A program made the translations under genes and the position numbers. 64,000 nucleotides of DNA from contig JBJBEO010000001.1 in assembly GCA_047284725.1 (NCBI GenBank), forward strand, positions 2,008,203 through 2,072,202, in the 5' to 3' direction. The notes under the pieces are model-generated. The model did not search any database. It had not been told where the DNA came from and worked only from the letters and a program-made list of their open reading frames with translations. Shown piece after piece: positions 35,879-45,808 of the stretch. Numbering within the stretch: position 1 is the stretch's first letter; each line of letters starts with the position of its first letter. The stretch comes from Synechococcus sp. (lineage in GTDB: Bacteria; Cyanobacteriota; Cyanobacteriia; PCC-6307; Cyanobiaceae).

Positions 35879-35959
35879 ACACCGGCTGATGCCGCTGGGT
35901 GGAGTCGACTCATGGAGTGCTCCATCGAGTTACTTTAACGACACGCCGCACCCGGACCA

Positions 35960-37078
35960 ATTCGGCTTCTCCAGCTGGAACTGCAGGCGTTCCGCAACTA
36001 CAGCGCTTTGCAGCTGGAGATTGATGAACCGCGGCTGTTGGTGATTGGCCGGAACGGCGTGGGCAAATCAAACCTGCTCGAGTCAGTTGAACTTCTCGGC
36101 AGCCTCCGCTCCCATCGCAGCAGCCAGGACCAAGACCTGATCCACTGGGAGGCCTCAGAAGCTCGCCTGCGAGCGCGCACCAGCGACAACGACGACCTAC
36201 AGATGCTGTTGCGGCGACGAGGCGGGCGCGAAGTCAGGCGGAATGGCAAAACCCTGGATCGGCAGCTCGACCTGATTGGCCCACTTCGCTGCGTTGGCTT
36301 CAGCGCTCTGGATCTGCAGCTGGTGCGTGGTGAACCGGCCCTGAGGCGCCAATGGCTCGATCGGGTGGTCCTCCAACTCGAACCCATTTACGGCGACCTG
36401 ATCAGCCGCTACAGCAGGCTGCTGCGGCAACGGGCCCAGCTGTGGCGGCAGAGCCGTGGCGTCGCGACCCTGGAACGCCATGCCCTGCTCGATGCTTTCG
36501 ATCTGCAAATGGCGTTGGTGAGCACGCGCATTCACCGCAGGCGGCGCCGCGCCCTGGCCCGACTGGAACCATTGGCGGCTCGCTGGCACGCGCACCTCAG
36601 CCAAGGGCGCGAACAACTCACGCTTCGCTACAGACCAGGCAGTGACCTGATCGGGGAAGAAGCGGAAGAGCCCTGGCGTCTCGCGATCACCGAACAGCTA
36701 CGGCTGCAGCGCAGTGAAGAGGAGCGGCTCGGCAGCTGCCGGGTCGGTCCTCACCGCGATGAAATCAGTCTCGAACTCAACGACAATCCCGCCCGCCGTT
36801 TCGGCTCTGCTGGCCAGCAACGCACCTTTGTGCTGGCCCTCAAACTGGCGGAACTGGAATTGGTGGGAGAGCTCTGGGGGCAGCCTCCCTTGCTGCTGCT
36901 CGATGATGTCCTTGCAGAACTCGACCAGGAACGCCAGCTGACGCTGCTGGAGGCGGTCGGAGATCGCCATCAGTGTCTGGTGAGCGCAACTCACCTGGAA
37001 GCCTTCGCAGACCACTGGCGCAGCCACGCGCAGGTGATTAACGCCGAAACGTTGAAACCTGAAGCAAATGTGAGGTAA
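35960..37078 (+). CDS. recF: DNA replication/repair protein RecF (probable non-canonical start upstream of TTG 36008)
   Basis: [22 protein letters not shown] and [11 protein letters not shown]. Confidence 0.93.
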   Translation: MRLLQLELQAFRNYSALQLEIDEPRLLVIGRNGVGKSNLLESVELLGSLRSHRSSQDQDLIHWEASEARLRARTSDNDDLQMLLRRRGGREVRRNGKTLDRQLDLIGPLRCVGFSALDLQLVRGEPALRRQWLDRVVLQLEPIYGDLISRYSRLLRQRAQLWRQSRGVATLERHALLDAFDLQMALVSTRIHRRRRRALARLEPLAARWHAHLSQGREQLTLRYRPGSDLIGEEAEEPWRLAITEQLRLQRSEEERLGSCRVGPHRDEISLELNDNPARRFGSAGQQRTFVLALKLAELELVGELWGQPPLLLLDDVLAELDQERQLTLLEAVGDRHQCLVSATHLEAFADHWRSHAQVINAETLKPEANVR

Positions 37079-37106
37079 CTTCAACTGCTCTTCTCATCTC
37101 ACCCTG

Positions 37107-37595
37107 ATGAAGCAGAACCTGTCTTGCCTGCATCCCAACCCGGGATGGGGCGGCATCGAATCCCTTTCGGCCACCAGCTCCGTTTCACCCAGTGCCACCG
37201 ACATGGTGGGAAAACACTGCATTCTCGAGCTCTACGCGTGCGACCACGCCAAGCTCGACGACGAAGTCTTTCTCCGGGACACCATCACCACTGCAGCCAA
37301 AAGTGCTGGTGCGACCCTGCTCAACCTGATCACTCACCGATTCGAACCACAGGGCGTGACCGGGCTGGCTCTCTTAGCCGAATCCCACATCTCCATCCAC
37401 ACCTGGCCTGAAAACGGCTATGCCGCCATCGACGTCTTCACCTGCGGCGATCACACCATGCCTGAACGGGCCTGTGACGTGCTGCGTTGTGCCCTTGGCG
37501 CTCAGCACCATCAACTCAAGAGTTTCCTGCGTGAAACCCCTGCTGCTGTGGCCCATGCCCAGCGCGATCCACAGATCGTGACGTCAGCCGGCTAA
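37107..37595 (+). CDS. speD: Pyruvoyl-dependent S-adenosylmethionine decarboxylase proenzyme family
   Basis: [13 protein letters not shown] self-cleavage motif and DVFTCG. Confidence 0.9.
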   Translation: MKQNLSCLHPNPGWGGIESLSATSSVSPSATDMVGKHCILELYACDHAKLDDEVFLRDTITTAAKSAGATLLNLITHRFEPQGVTGLALLAESHISIHTWPENGYAAIDVFTCGDHTMPERACDVLRCALGAQHHQLKSFLRETPAAVAHAQRDPQIVTSAG

Positions 37596-37606
37596 GCCGG
37601 CTGACG
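37582..37606. repeat. Perfect 12-bp inverted repeat at the speD/gad convergence
   Basis: CGTCAGCCGGCT-A-AGCCGGCTGACG. Confidence 0.9.
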
Positions 37607-37615
37607 CGGTTGAGC

Positions 37616-39010
37616 TCAAAGATGGTTGTACGCCGCCGCTTCGGCAGCATCAAGACTGGTCGTGATGGGATGCTTCCGGAAATGATCAAGGGCCGCCGTG
37701 AGATCGCTGATCAGAAGATCAGCCATCTCACGGGTGAAGTCACGCTTCACAAGGATGCGCTGAAAGGCCTGATTCGCTAAGTCACCGGTGAAGGGATAAG
37801 CGGGCACCTGCCATCCACGCATGCGCAGCCGATCCGCCAGGTCATAGAGATTGAAGCCATGGTCACCATCGTCATGGAGGGTCCAGACCACCGTGGGGAT
37901 TCCCTTCTGGGGTGAGCCGTCGTGGATGAGCTTGAACGGCCCGATCTCCCGAAGTTTGCTGGCGACATAGCGCGCATTGGCATGGCTGGCTTCATGCAGC
38001 TGCCGATACCCTTCACGACCCAGCCGAACAAACTCGTGGTATTGGGCAATCACCTGACCAGCCGGTCGAGAAAAATTGATCTGGAACGTCGGCATGTCTC
38101 CGCCGAGATAGCTGACGTGAAACACCAACTCATCGGGCAAATCCTGGGGCGTTCGCCACAACACCCAGCCGACCCCGAGTGGAGCCAGACCAAATTTATG
38201 GCCTGACGCGTTGATGGACTTCACCCGCTGAAGTCGAAAATCCCATGGAGGTAGATCGGGCGCACAAAACGGTGCAAGGAAGCCTCCGCTTGCCCCATCC
38301 ACGTGAATCGGTACATCAATGCCGGTCTGGGCTTGATAAGAATCGAGTGCAGCACTGATGGCGGCCACATCCTCATAAAGGCCGTGGTAGGTGACGCCAA
38401 GGGTTGGCACCACAAAAATGGTGTTCTCATCCACCGCTTCCAGAACACGCTCCGGGGTCAGACAGAGCTCCCCCGGGCGCATCTCGAGCTCGCGCATCTC
38501 GACATCCCAGTAGCGCGCAAACTTTTTCCAGCAGATCTGCACACTGCCACAAACCATGTTGGGTTTGTCGATGGGCAACCCTGCCAGGCTCTGACGTTTG
38601 CGCCAGCGCCATTTCGCCGCCATCCCTCCCAACATCGCGGCTTCACTGCTGCCGATCGTGGAACAGCCGACTGCCTCTGCGGGAGCGTTCCAGAGATCAG
38701 CCATCATCGAGACACAGCGTTGCTCCACCTCCGCGGTCTGGGGATATTCGTCTTTGTCGATCAGATTTTTATCGACCCCGAGCGCCATCAGGTTCATGAC
38801 ACTGGGCGAGAGATAGGTCTGACAGAACGTCGCCAGGTTCTGCTTGCTGTTGCCGTCAAGAAGCAGCTCTTCTTCGATCAGCTGCGCGGTGGCGTCATCA
38901 GCACGACCATCGATTGGGAAACGGCTCCGCGGCAGCGGCGCCACCATGGCGTTCACCAAGGCCTGCTCCTCGCCATCCAGCAGGTGATGCCGGGATCGAT
39001 GGATCGCCAT
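37616..39010 (-). CDS. gad: Glutamate decarboxylase (PLP-dependent)
   Basis: QNLATFCQT, KNLIDKDEYPQT, HVDGASGG and SINASGHK. Confidence 0.94.
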   Translation of the reverse strand: MAIHRSRHHLLDGEEQALVNAMVAPLPRSRFPIDGRADDATAQLIEEELLLDGNSKQNLATFCQTYLSPSVMNLMALGVDKNLIDKDEYPQTAEVEQRCVSMMADLWNAPAEAVGCSTIGSSEAAMLGGMAAKWRWRKRQSLAGLPIDKPNMVCGSVQICWKKFARYWDVEMRELEMRPGELCLTPERVLEAVDENTIFVVPTLGVTYHGLYEDVAAISAALDSYQAQTGIDVPIHVDGASGGFLAPFCAPDLPPWDFRLQRVKSINASGHKFGLAPLGVGWVLWRTPQDLPDELVFHVSYLGGDMPTFQINFSRPAGQVIAQYHEFVRLGREGYRQLHEASHANARYVASKLREIGPFKLIHDGSPQKGIPTVVWTLHDDGDHGFNLYDLADRLRMRGWQVPAYPFTGDLANQAFQRILVKRDFTREMADLLISDLTAALDHFRKHPITTSLDAAEAAAYNHL

Positions 39011-39088
39011 CGGAAGCAAGCGTCTTCTTGGAAGGTATCTCCATCACGCCAAATCCGCAGTCACCTGCAACAGCACATGCTGGGTGCT

Positions 39089-39964
39089 TCACACCCGATT
39101 GAGCTTTCCGCTGACCAGCCCTTCTAGATCAAGGCTGACAGCAGTAAATCCCAGATCAAGCAATGCGTTCACCATCGCGTCTCGCTCAGGACTCAAGGCC
39201 AGTTCGGCGATCCGGTCAGAAGGCACCTCAATGCGTGCTGAGGAACCCTGGCTGCGCACTCTCACTGCGTTGAACCCCAGTGCCATCAACCTCGCTTCCG
39301 CCTGCCCGACCCGCTGAAGACGTTCTGCACTGATCCTTTCTCCATAGGGAAAACGGGAAGCGAGGCAAGGCTGCGCCGGCTTGTCCCACCAGGGGAATCC
39401 CAATGCTTTCGAGAGTTCACGCACCTGGGTCTTCCTGATCCCCAAGGCCGCCAGGGGAGACTCAACACCTGCCTCTCGTGCCGCTTGGATCCCAGGGCGA
39501 TGGTCAGTGAGATCATCTGCATTGACTCCATCGAGCACACGGGCCCCATCAGAGGCAGCGGCCAAGGGAGCCAGAAGACGATGAAGCTCCCGCTTGCAGG
39601 CATAACAACGATCCACCGGGTTATTGCTGTAGCTGGGATCGGTCAACTCCTCAGTGGCCACCTCGCGATGGCGAATACCCAGCCAAGCCGCCTGCTGACG
39701 GGCTTCACGCAAAAGGTGAGGAGCAAGGGCCGGCGAGACACCCGTGATCGCAGTGGCCGCGCCGCCGAGTTGCTCATGGGCAATGGCGGCCACCAGAGCG
39801 CTGTCGACTCCGCCGGAATAGGCCACACACACGCGCTCGTAGCCGGTCATGGCTTGCCTTAATTGGTCAAGCAAGCTCTGTTCCGGCTCGTCCAATGGCT
39901 CCAGCTGGCGAAAGAGGTGTCCGGAGGATGGCGACGCCGCCTGTGGCGTTCGGTCTTCAACCAA
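39089..39964 (-). CDS. larE: LarE-family ATP-dependent sulfur insertase
   Basis: SGGVDS PP-loop, RCYACK, DHRPG and PCLASRFPYG; TTG 39964 start tentative. Confidence 0.88.
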   Translation of the reverse strand: MVEDRTPQAASPSSGHLFRQLEPLDEPEQSLLDQLRQAMTGYERVCVAYSGGVDSALVAAIAHEQLGGAATAITGVSPALAPHLLREARQQAAWLGIRHREVATEELTDPSYSNNPVDRCYACKRELHRLLAPLAAASDGARVLDGVNADDLTDHRPGIQAAREAGVESPLAALGIRKTQVRELSKALGFPWWDKPAQPCLASRFPYGERISAERLQRVGQAEARLMALGFNAVRVRSQGSSARIEVPSDRIAELALSPERDAMVNALLDLGFTAVSLDLEGLVSGKLNRV

Positions 39965-40073
39965 GGGACCTATCGGTTCGCATCTCAAAGTCAAGTTAAT
40001 GGCGATGTGAATGCATCGGTCACGCCCGCATGGCATCCGCACTCGGTAAGCTCCGGGAACGTCCGATCGGTTC

Positions 40074-41231
40074 ATGGCAGGGAATCGCAGACCAGCCGTC
40101 GGAATCGTCACCGCTGCTGACAGCCGTGAACGCAGCCATGGCCAGCTCCACGTCTATGACGGAGAAGGGAAGGGCAAGAGTCAGGCAGCCCTCGGGGTGG
40201 TGCTCCGCACCATCGGTCTGGGGATCTGTGAGCAACGGCGCACCCGGGTGCTGTTGCTGCGTTTTCTGAAAGGCCCGGGCAGGGCGTATGACGAAGACGC
40301 TGCCATCGAAGCCTTACAGCAAGGGTTCCCTCATCTGATCGATCAGGTGCGTACCGGCCGGGGCGAACATTTTGGCGCCGACGATGTCACGCACTTCGAC
40401 AAACAGGAAGCCCAGAGGGGCTGGGACATCGCCAAGGGAGCGATCGCCAGTGCCTTGTATTCCGTGGTGGTGCTGGATGAGTTGAACCCGGTGTTGGATC
40501 TGGGCCTGCTCGACATCAACGATGTGCTGCGCAGCCTTGAGGCAAGACCTGAAGGCATGGAAATCATCGTGACCGGCCGGGGCGCCCCCAGGTCGCTTGT
40601 ACAGATGGCAGACCTTCACTCCGAAATGCGCGCTCATCGTCGTCCCGACCCCAACGACGACAGCCTTCGCTTCGAGTCTCAAGGCGCCATCGAGATCTAC
40701 ACCGGTGAAGGCAAAGGAAAATCCACCAGCGCCCTTGGCAAGGCTCTTCAGGCGATTGGCCGGGGCATCAGCCAGGACAAAAGCCACAGAGTACTGATCC
40801 TGCAGTGGCTGAAGGGCGGTAGTGGCTACACGGAAGACGCCGCCATCGCCGCCCTGCGCGAGAGCTATCCCCATCTGGTCGACCACCTTCGCTCAGGCCG
40901 CGACGCGATCGTCTGGCGCGGACAACAGGAGCCAATCGACTACGTGGAGGCAGAACGGGCCTGGGAGATCGCCAGAGCAGCGATCTCAAGCGGTCTCTAC
41001 AAAACCGTGATCCTGGACGAATTGAATCCAAGCGTCGATCTTGAACTGCTTCCCGTGGAACCAATCGTGCAAACCCTGCTGCGCAAGCCGGCTGAAACTG
41101 AGGTGATCATCACGGGACGCTGTAAGAACCTTCCCGCCTACTTCGATCTCGCCAGCGTGCATTCCGAAATGGTGTGCCACAAGCATTACGCCGAACAAGG
41201 CGTGGATCTGAAACGCGGCGTCGACTACTGA
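40074..41231 (+). CDS. cobO: Cob(I)alamin adenosyltransferase with two tandem CobA/CobO domains
   Basis: Two P-loops (YDGEGKGKS, YTGEGKGKS), each followed by LDELN...TGR. Confidence 0.9.
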   Translation: MAGNRRPAVGIVTAADSRERSHGQLHVYDGEGKGKSQAALGVVLRTIGLGICEQRRTRVLLLRFLKGPGRAYDEDAAIEALQQGFPHLIDQVRTGRGEHFGADDVTHFDKQEAQRGWDIAKGAIASALYSVVVLDELNPVLDLGLLDINDVLRSLEARPEGMEIIVTGRGAPRSLVQMADLHSEMRAHRRPDPNDDSLRFESQGAIEIYTGEGKGKSTSALGKALQAIGRGISQDKSHRVLILQWLKGGSGYTEDAAIAALRESYPHLVDHLRSGRDAIVWRGQQEPIDYVEAERAWEIARAAISSGLYKTVILDELNPSVDLELLPVEPIVQTLLRKPAETEVIITGRCKNLPAYFDLASVHSEMVCHKHYAEQGVDLKRGVDY

Positions 41232-41253
41232 CATCGCACCATCGGTCCCATCG

Positions 41254-42435
41254 TCAGTATCGAGGCACGCTGGGGTCGACGAACTGTGACCAGGCGTCAA
41301 TGCCGCCCTGCACATTGATGGCTTCGATGCCTTGATCGGCTAGTAGCTGCACCGCCTTGGCCGAACGCCCACCCAGCTTGCAATGCACGTAGAGAGGCTG
41401 GCCAGCAGCAAGAGCGCGGATCCGCTCGAGGGCCTCGCCGTTTTCAATCATCGCCAGGGGAATCAGTTGGGCACCCGTGATCACGGCCACCTCCGCCTCA
41501 GCGGGGTTGCGGACATCGATCAGTGCCAGTGCATCACCAGCATCCATGCGCTGCTTCAGTCCCTGCACTGTGACGCTGTTCATATCTGCCAACTCTTCCG
41601 GCGCTGATTCTCCGCCACGAACGCCACAGAATCTCTCATAGTCGATCAGTCGGTCGATCACAGGGCGCCCCGGAGACGGCTGCAGCTTCAGCTCGCGGAA
41701 GCGCATGGCCAGGCCATCGACCAGCAGCAGGCGTCCATCGAGTGGCATCCCAATGCCTGTGATCAGCTTGATCGCCTCCGTCGCCTGCAGCAGTCCGATC
41801 AGGCCAGGCATCACCCCGAGCACACCACCTTGGGCACACGTGGGCACCAATCCCGGCGGCGGCGGCTCCGGCACCAGATCGCGGTAATGGGGACTGTCAG
41901 CCGTGCGATTGAACACGCTGACCTGGCCTTCAAAACCCTGGACTGAGCCGTAAATCAACGGTTTTCCCAGCAGCACACAGGCGTCATTGATCAGATAGCG
42001 ACTGGGAAAGTTGTCGGTGCCGTCGCAGATCACGTCATAGCCCTTCAGAAGCTCCAATGCGTTGGCGGCCGTGAGCTTCGTGTCGTAGCCCTCCACTCTG
42101 CAATGGGGATTGAGGTCATGAATCCGGGCTTCTGCAGAGGCCGTTTTCGCCCAGCCAATGGTGGCTGTGCCGTGAATCACCTGACGCTGGAGGTTGGAGG
42201 AATCCACCACATCGAAGTCAATGATGCCGATCCTGCCGACGCCGGCCGCCGCCAGATAGAGCAGCAGGGGCGAACCGAGACCACCACTGCCGATGCACAA
42301 CACCGACGCAGCTTTCAAACGTCGCTGACCTGCCAACCCCACCTCCGGCAGGGTGAGGTGCCGGGCGTAACGGCTCCGTTCCTCCGCTGAGAGATCAACA
42401 CCGGAATCGAGAGCAGCAAAAGGCTCAACAGGCAC
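41254..42435 (-). CDS. moeB: MoeB/MoeZ adenylyltransferase with C-terminal rhodanese domain
   Basis: RYARH, GSGGLGS, SNLQRQ, DVRNP.E and HCKLGGRS. Confidence 0.93.
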   Translation of the reverse strand: MPVEPFAALDSGVDLSAEERSRYARHLTLPEVGLAGQRRLKAASVLCIGSGGLGSPLLLYLAAAGVGRIGIIDFDVVDSSNLQRQVIHGTATIGWAKTASAEARIHDLNPHCRVEGYDTKLTAANALELLKGYDVICDGTDNFPSRYLINDACVLLGKPLIYGSVQGFEGQVSVFNRTADSPHYRDLVPEPPPPGLVPTCAQGGVLGVMPGLIGLLQATEAIKLITGIGMPLDGRLLLVDGLAMRFRELKLQPSPGRPVIDRLIDYERFCGVRGGESAPEELADMNSVTVQGLKQRMDAGDALALIDVRNPAEAEVAVITGAQLIPLAMIENGEALERIRALAAGQPLYVHCKLGGRSAKAVQLLADQGIEAINVQGGIDAWSQFVDPSVPRY

Positions 42436-42455
42436 GAGGTGGAGCGAGAAGTACC

Positions 42456-42956
42456 TCAGTCAGTGTGTTGCACGGACACGGTTGCCGGCTCCATCCACCA
42501 GGCGCGCATGGTCTGATCTGATGCCAGGATCACCATCAAGCCTGGTTGATGCGACCAGTGGCGATCCGTTGCTGAGGGCACGGCCGGGCCATCGAGATGC
42601 GAGTGCGCAGTACCGATCACCGCAAGGCCCCTGCTCCGTGCCCAGCGCTGGGCATGAATCTGCTCTCGGGGATCCAAGGCAAATCGCGTCCTCCTTGAGG
42701 GCTGGGGCATGGAGGCGTGGGTTGGAGCTGGCCCTTCCGGCAGGGCCGCCAAACCTGGACGCCAGACATTGCAACAGGGCCAGACCTGCTGCAGCGACCA
42801 GCCATCCCGCCGACGTCGCCCGAGCAGCTGGGCGCATCCCTCGTCCGGCAGGGCAGCGGCCAACGTGCGGCGAAGAATGATCAGGACATCGCCACTAACA
42901 AACAGCTGCCATGGCGTTGAGGCGGGGTGACCGATACGCTCAACCCAAATTGGCAT
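42456..42956 (-). CDS. JAMM/Mov34 (M67) metalloprotease
   Basis: EGC...HSH...PS.TD JAMM motif; directly upstream of moeB; start uncertain. Confidence 0.8.
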   Translation of the reverse strand: MPIWVERIGHPASTPWQLFVSGDVLIILRRTLAAALPDEGCAQLLGRRRRDGWSLQQVWPCCNVWRPGLAALPEGPAPTHASMPQPSRRTRFALDPREQIHAQRWARSRGLAVIGTAHSHLDGPAVPSATDRHWSHQPGLMVILASDQTMRAWWMEPATVSVQHTD

Positions 42957-42969
42957 TTGTTCCAGGCCC

Positions 42970-43356
42970 ATGAGTGAGGACACCACTGCGGTTCAGGACC
43001 CTGCACCCTCCGCATCCGCGTCTGCAGGTGACAGCAGCAGCACGGAAACGGTCAATTTCACTGAGCGCTACAGCGAAGTGCTGGGCAAAGTGAATGACAC
43101 CCTCGACCAAGTCGACTGGAGCCAGGTAGGTCGCATCGGCAAGGTGGTCGGCATCTTCGCTGCGGTGATCGTGGCGCAGATTCTGATCAAAGGAATCCTC
43201 GACACCATCAATCTTCTTCCGGTGGTGCCTGGTCTGCTCGAACTGCTGGGCGTTGTTGTCGTTGGCCAGTGGAGCTGGAAAAACCTCACCACAAGCGACA
43301 AGCGTTCGGCGTTCCTGAGCCGCGTGCAGGCACTGCGAAACGAGTACCTCGGCTGA
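42970..43356 (+). CDS. curT: CAAD-domain thylakoid curvature protein (CurT-like)
   Basis: Two transmembrane segments with INLLPVVPGLLELLG. Confidence 0.82.
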   Translation: MSEDTTAVQDPAPSASASAGDSSSTETVNFTERYSEVLGKVNDTLDQVDWSQVGRIGKVVGIFAAVIVAQILIKGILDTINLLPVVPGLLELLGVVVVGQWSWKNLTTSDKRSAFLSRVQALRNEYLG

Positions 43357-43357
43357 T

Positions 43358-44242
43358 TCAGCCGAAACAACGCTCCAACTGGCGGATGGCCTGCCTGCAT
43401 TGCTGCTGGTAACCACCGCCGAACAGATTGGCGTGATTGAGCAGGTGATACAGGTTGTAGACCTCAATGCGGTCTGAAGCTCCAGAAGCCAAGGGCCATT
43501 CCTGCTCATAGGCCGCATAAAACGCTCGACTGAATCCTCCGAACAAGTGGGTCATCGCAAGGTCCACCTCCCGATCAGCCCACCAGCAGGCGGGGTCGAT
43601 CAGTAAGCCGCGACCATCGCTCAGAACGCCGGCGTTGCCCCCCCAGAGATCGCCATGCACCAAGCAGGGTGCCGGCGCATGCGCATTGAGAACCGCCACC
43701 AGGCCCTGCAACCAAGACGACTTCATCCCAACGTCTAGTCCCCAGGTCTGTGCCTGGCACAGCTGTGGCTGCAGACGCAACTCAATGAACGCGTCTCCCC
43801 AGTTGTCACGCCAACCGCCCGGTTGAGACCCCAGACCGATGAAGCCATCGCTGGGCCAGCCGAACTGTCCCGCCGCGCGCTCGCATGAGCACCGATGCAG
43901 GCGAGCAAGGCCGCGGCCAAGAGCGGTCTGATCGCCCCGCTCCTGCTCCAGCCAGGGCAAGACCAGCACTCCACCGTCCGGGCCCACCGGCAGCAGTGCC
44001 AACGGTTCAGGCACCACCAGCTCACGGGGATCAGCGGCTGCATGGAGGGCCTCCAATCCCCGCCGCTCAGCATCGAGCATCACCAGGCTGCCCTGCTTGG
44101 CGAACAGCAGGCGTCCATCGCTGAGGGAAAGACGCCAAACCTGCTGACTGCACCCTCCTCCGAGGCTGCGGCAATGGTCGAGGCGGGCTCCTGCCAGCAG
44201 ACGGGGGGCCTCCCCAAGGATCCGCTCCAGTTCTGCCTGCAT
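43358..44242 (-). CDS. Fructosamine kinase family protein
   Basis: LVHGDLWGGN, IDPA and YHLLNHANLFG. Confidence 0.9.
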   Translation of the reverse strand: MQAELERILGEAPRLLAGARLDHCRSLGGGCSQQVWRLSLSDGRLLFAKQGSLVMLDAERRGLEALHAAADPRELVVPEPLALLPVGPDGGVLVLPWLEQERGDQTALGRGLARLHRCSCERAAGQFGWPSDGFIGLGSQPGGWRDNWGDAFIELRLQPQLCQAQTWGLDVGMKSSWLQGLVAVLNAHAPAPCLVHGDLWGGNAGVLSDGRGLLIDPACWWADREVDLAMTHLFGGFSRAFYAAYEQEWPLASGASDRIEVYNLYHLLNHANLFGGGYQQQCRQAIRQLERCFG

Positions 44243-44278
44243 TCACACCCTGCACCCTTGCACTGCCAGCATGCCGTG

Positions 44279-45796
44279 ATGGAGCCAGCTAAGGACGTAC
44301 TCGTGATCGGCGGAGGGATCGCCGGGCTCACTTCCGCCGCTCTTCTGGCCAAAGCGGGCTTGACTGTGACCCTGCTGGAAGCCCATCGCCAACTGGGTGG
44401 TTGCGCGGGCACCTTTCGACGGGGGCCCTACACCTTTGATGTCGGTGCGACCCAAGTGGCAGGACTGGAGCCCGGCGGCAGCCATGCCCGCATCCTGGGG
44501 CACCTCGGCATGCCCCTACCCGCCGCTGAGCAGCTGGATCCAGGCTGCGTCGTCGACCTGGCGGATGGCTCTGCGCCCATTCCCATCTGGCACGATCCCG
44601 CACGCTGGCAGCAGGAACGGGACCAGCAGTTTCCAGGTTCGGAACGCTTCTGGGCGCTCTGCACCTGGCTCCACCAGCACAACTGGTCGTTTGCCGGTCA
44701 AGACCCCGTCCTGCCGGTGCGCAGCGGCTGGGACCTGCAACGAACCCTGCGAGCCATCGGGATCGGCACGCTCCTGAGCAGCCCGTTCAGCCTGATGACC
44801 GTGGCCGACCTCCTCACCCTCTGTGGGTGCCGCCACCACACACGCCTACGGCGGTTTCTCGACTTGCAGTTACGTCTCTATTCGCAGGAACCCTGCGAAC
44901 GCACTGCCGCCCTCTACGGCGCCACCGTGCTGCAGATGGTTCAAGCCCCTCTCGGGCTATGGCACTTGCAGGGCTCCATGCAGGTGCTGAGCGATCAGCT
45001 GGCGGAAGCCATCCGCCGCGATGGAGGAACGATCCACGTCAGGCAACGGGTGACTCGGCTGGAGCGCAGAACCCCTGGCAGTTGGTGCGTGCACAGCGTC
45101 CATCCAGACGGAACCTCCAGGCAGTGGCGATGCCAGGACGTGATCAGCAGCCTGCCGCCCCAGTGCCTGCCGTCCCTGATGCCTGCGTCGCCAACGGGAT
45201 CCCCTTTACCGGCCAGTTACCGGCGCCGAATCACCAGTCTTGAAGCACCCAGCGGCGCATTGGTGCTCTATGCCGCCCTCAATCGAGACCTACTCCCTTC
45301 TGACTGTCCCGCCCATCTGCAGCGAGACGGCCAGAACCCTGGCTCGCTGTTTGTTTCGATCAGTCGCGACGGCGATGGCCGGGCGCCGCAGGGCCAAGCC
45401 ACGTTGATTGCCAGCGTCTTCACCGATCCACGGGTCTGGGCAGATCTCAAGGAGACCGATCACCAGCAGCGCAAACAGCAAACACTCACCACGATGCGCG
45501 AAACCCTCGAGCAGTGGCTAGGTATTCCCCCTCAGGGCTGGACACACCTTGAACTCTCCACCCCGCGGGCTTTTGCCCACTGGACCGGACGCCCGCAGGG
45601 CATCGTTGGGGGACTCGGCCAGCACCCCTCACGCTTTGGCCCCTTCGGTCTGGCTAGCCGCAGCCCGGTTTCAGGACTCTGGCTCTGCGGGGATTCCATT
45701 CACCCCGGAGAAGGCACAGCCGGGGTGAGCCTCTCGGCCCTGATGGCCTGCAGCCAGCTGATGGCCGCCCGGGGCCGATCACTCACCCTCCCCTAA
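44279..45796 (+). CDS. crtD: Carotenoid C-3',4' desaturase-like FAD oxidoreductase (CrtD family)
   Basis: GGGIAGL, FDVGATQVAG and GDSIHPGEGTAGV; ATG at 44279. Confidence 0.78.
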   Translation: MEPAKDVLVIGGGIAGLTSAALLAKAGLTVTLLEAHRQLGGCAGTFRRGPYTFDVGATQVAGLEPGGSHARILGHLGMPLPAAEQLDPGCVVDLADGSAPIPIWHDPARWQQERDQQFPGSERFWALCTWLHQHNWSFAGQDPVLPVRSGWDLQRTLRAIGIGTLLSSPFSLMTVADLLTLCGCRHHTRLRRFLDLQLRLYSQEPCERTAALYGATVLQMVQAPLGLWHLQGSMQVLSDQLAEAIRRDGGTIHVRQRVTRLERRTPGSWCVHSVHPDGTSRQWRCQDVISSLPPQCLPSLMPASPTGSPLPASYRRRITSLEAPSGALVLYAALNRDLLPSDCPAHLQRDGQNPGSLFVSISRDGDGRAPQGQATLIASVFTDPRVWADLKETDHQQRKQQTLTTMRETLEQWLGIPPQGWTHLELSTPRAFAHWTGRPQGIVGGLGQHPSRFGPFGLASRSPVSGLWLCGDSIHPGEGTAGVSLSALMACSQLMAARGRSLTLP

Positions 45797-45808
45797 GGAA
45801 CAGCCTGG

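Noticed and set aside
39965..40073. Cobalamin riboswitch upstream of cobO
   Set aside because: Spacer is too short and no B12-box is seen
43895..44278. N-terminal extension of the crtD-like ORF to 633 aa
   Set aside because: Overlaps the fructosamine kinase antisense; the FAD motif starts right after ATG 44279
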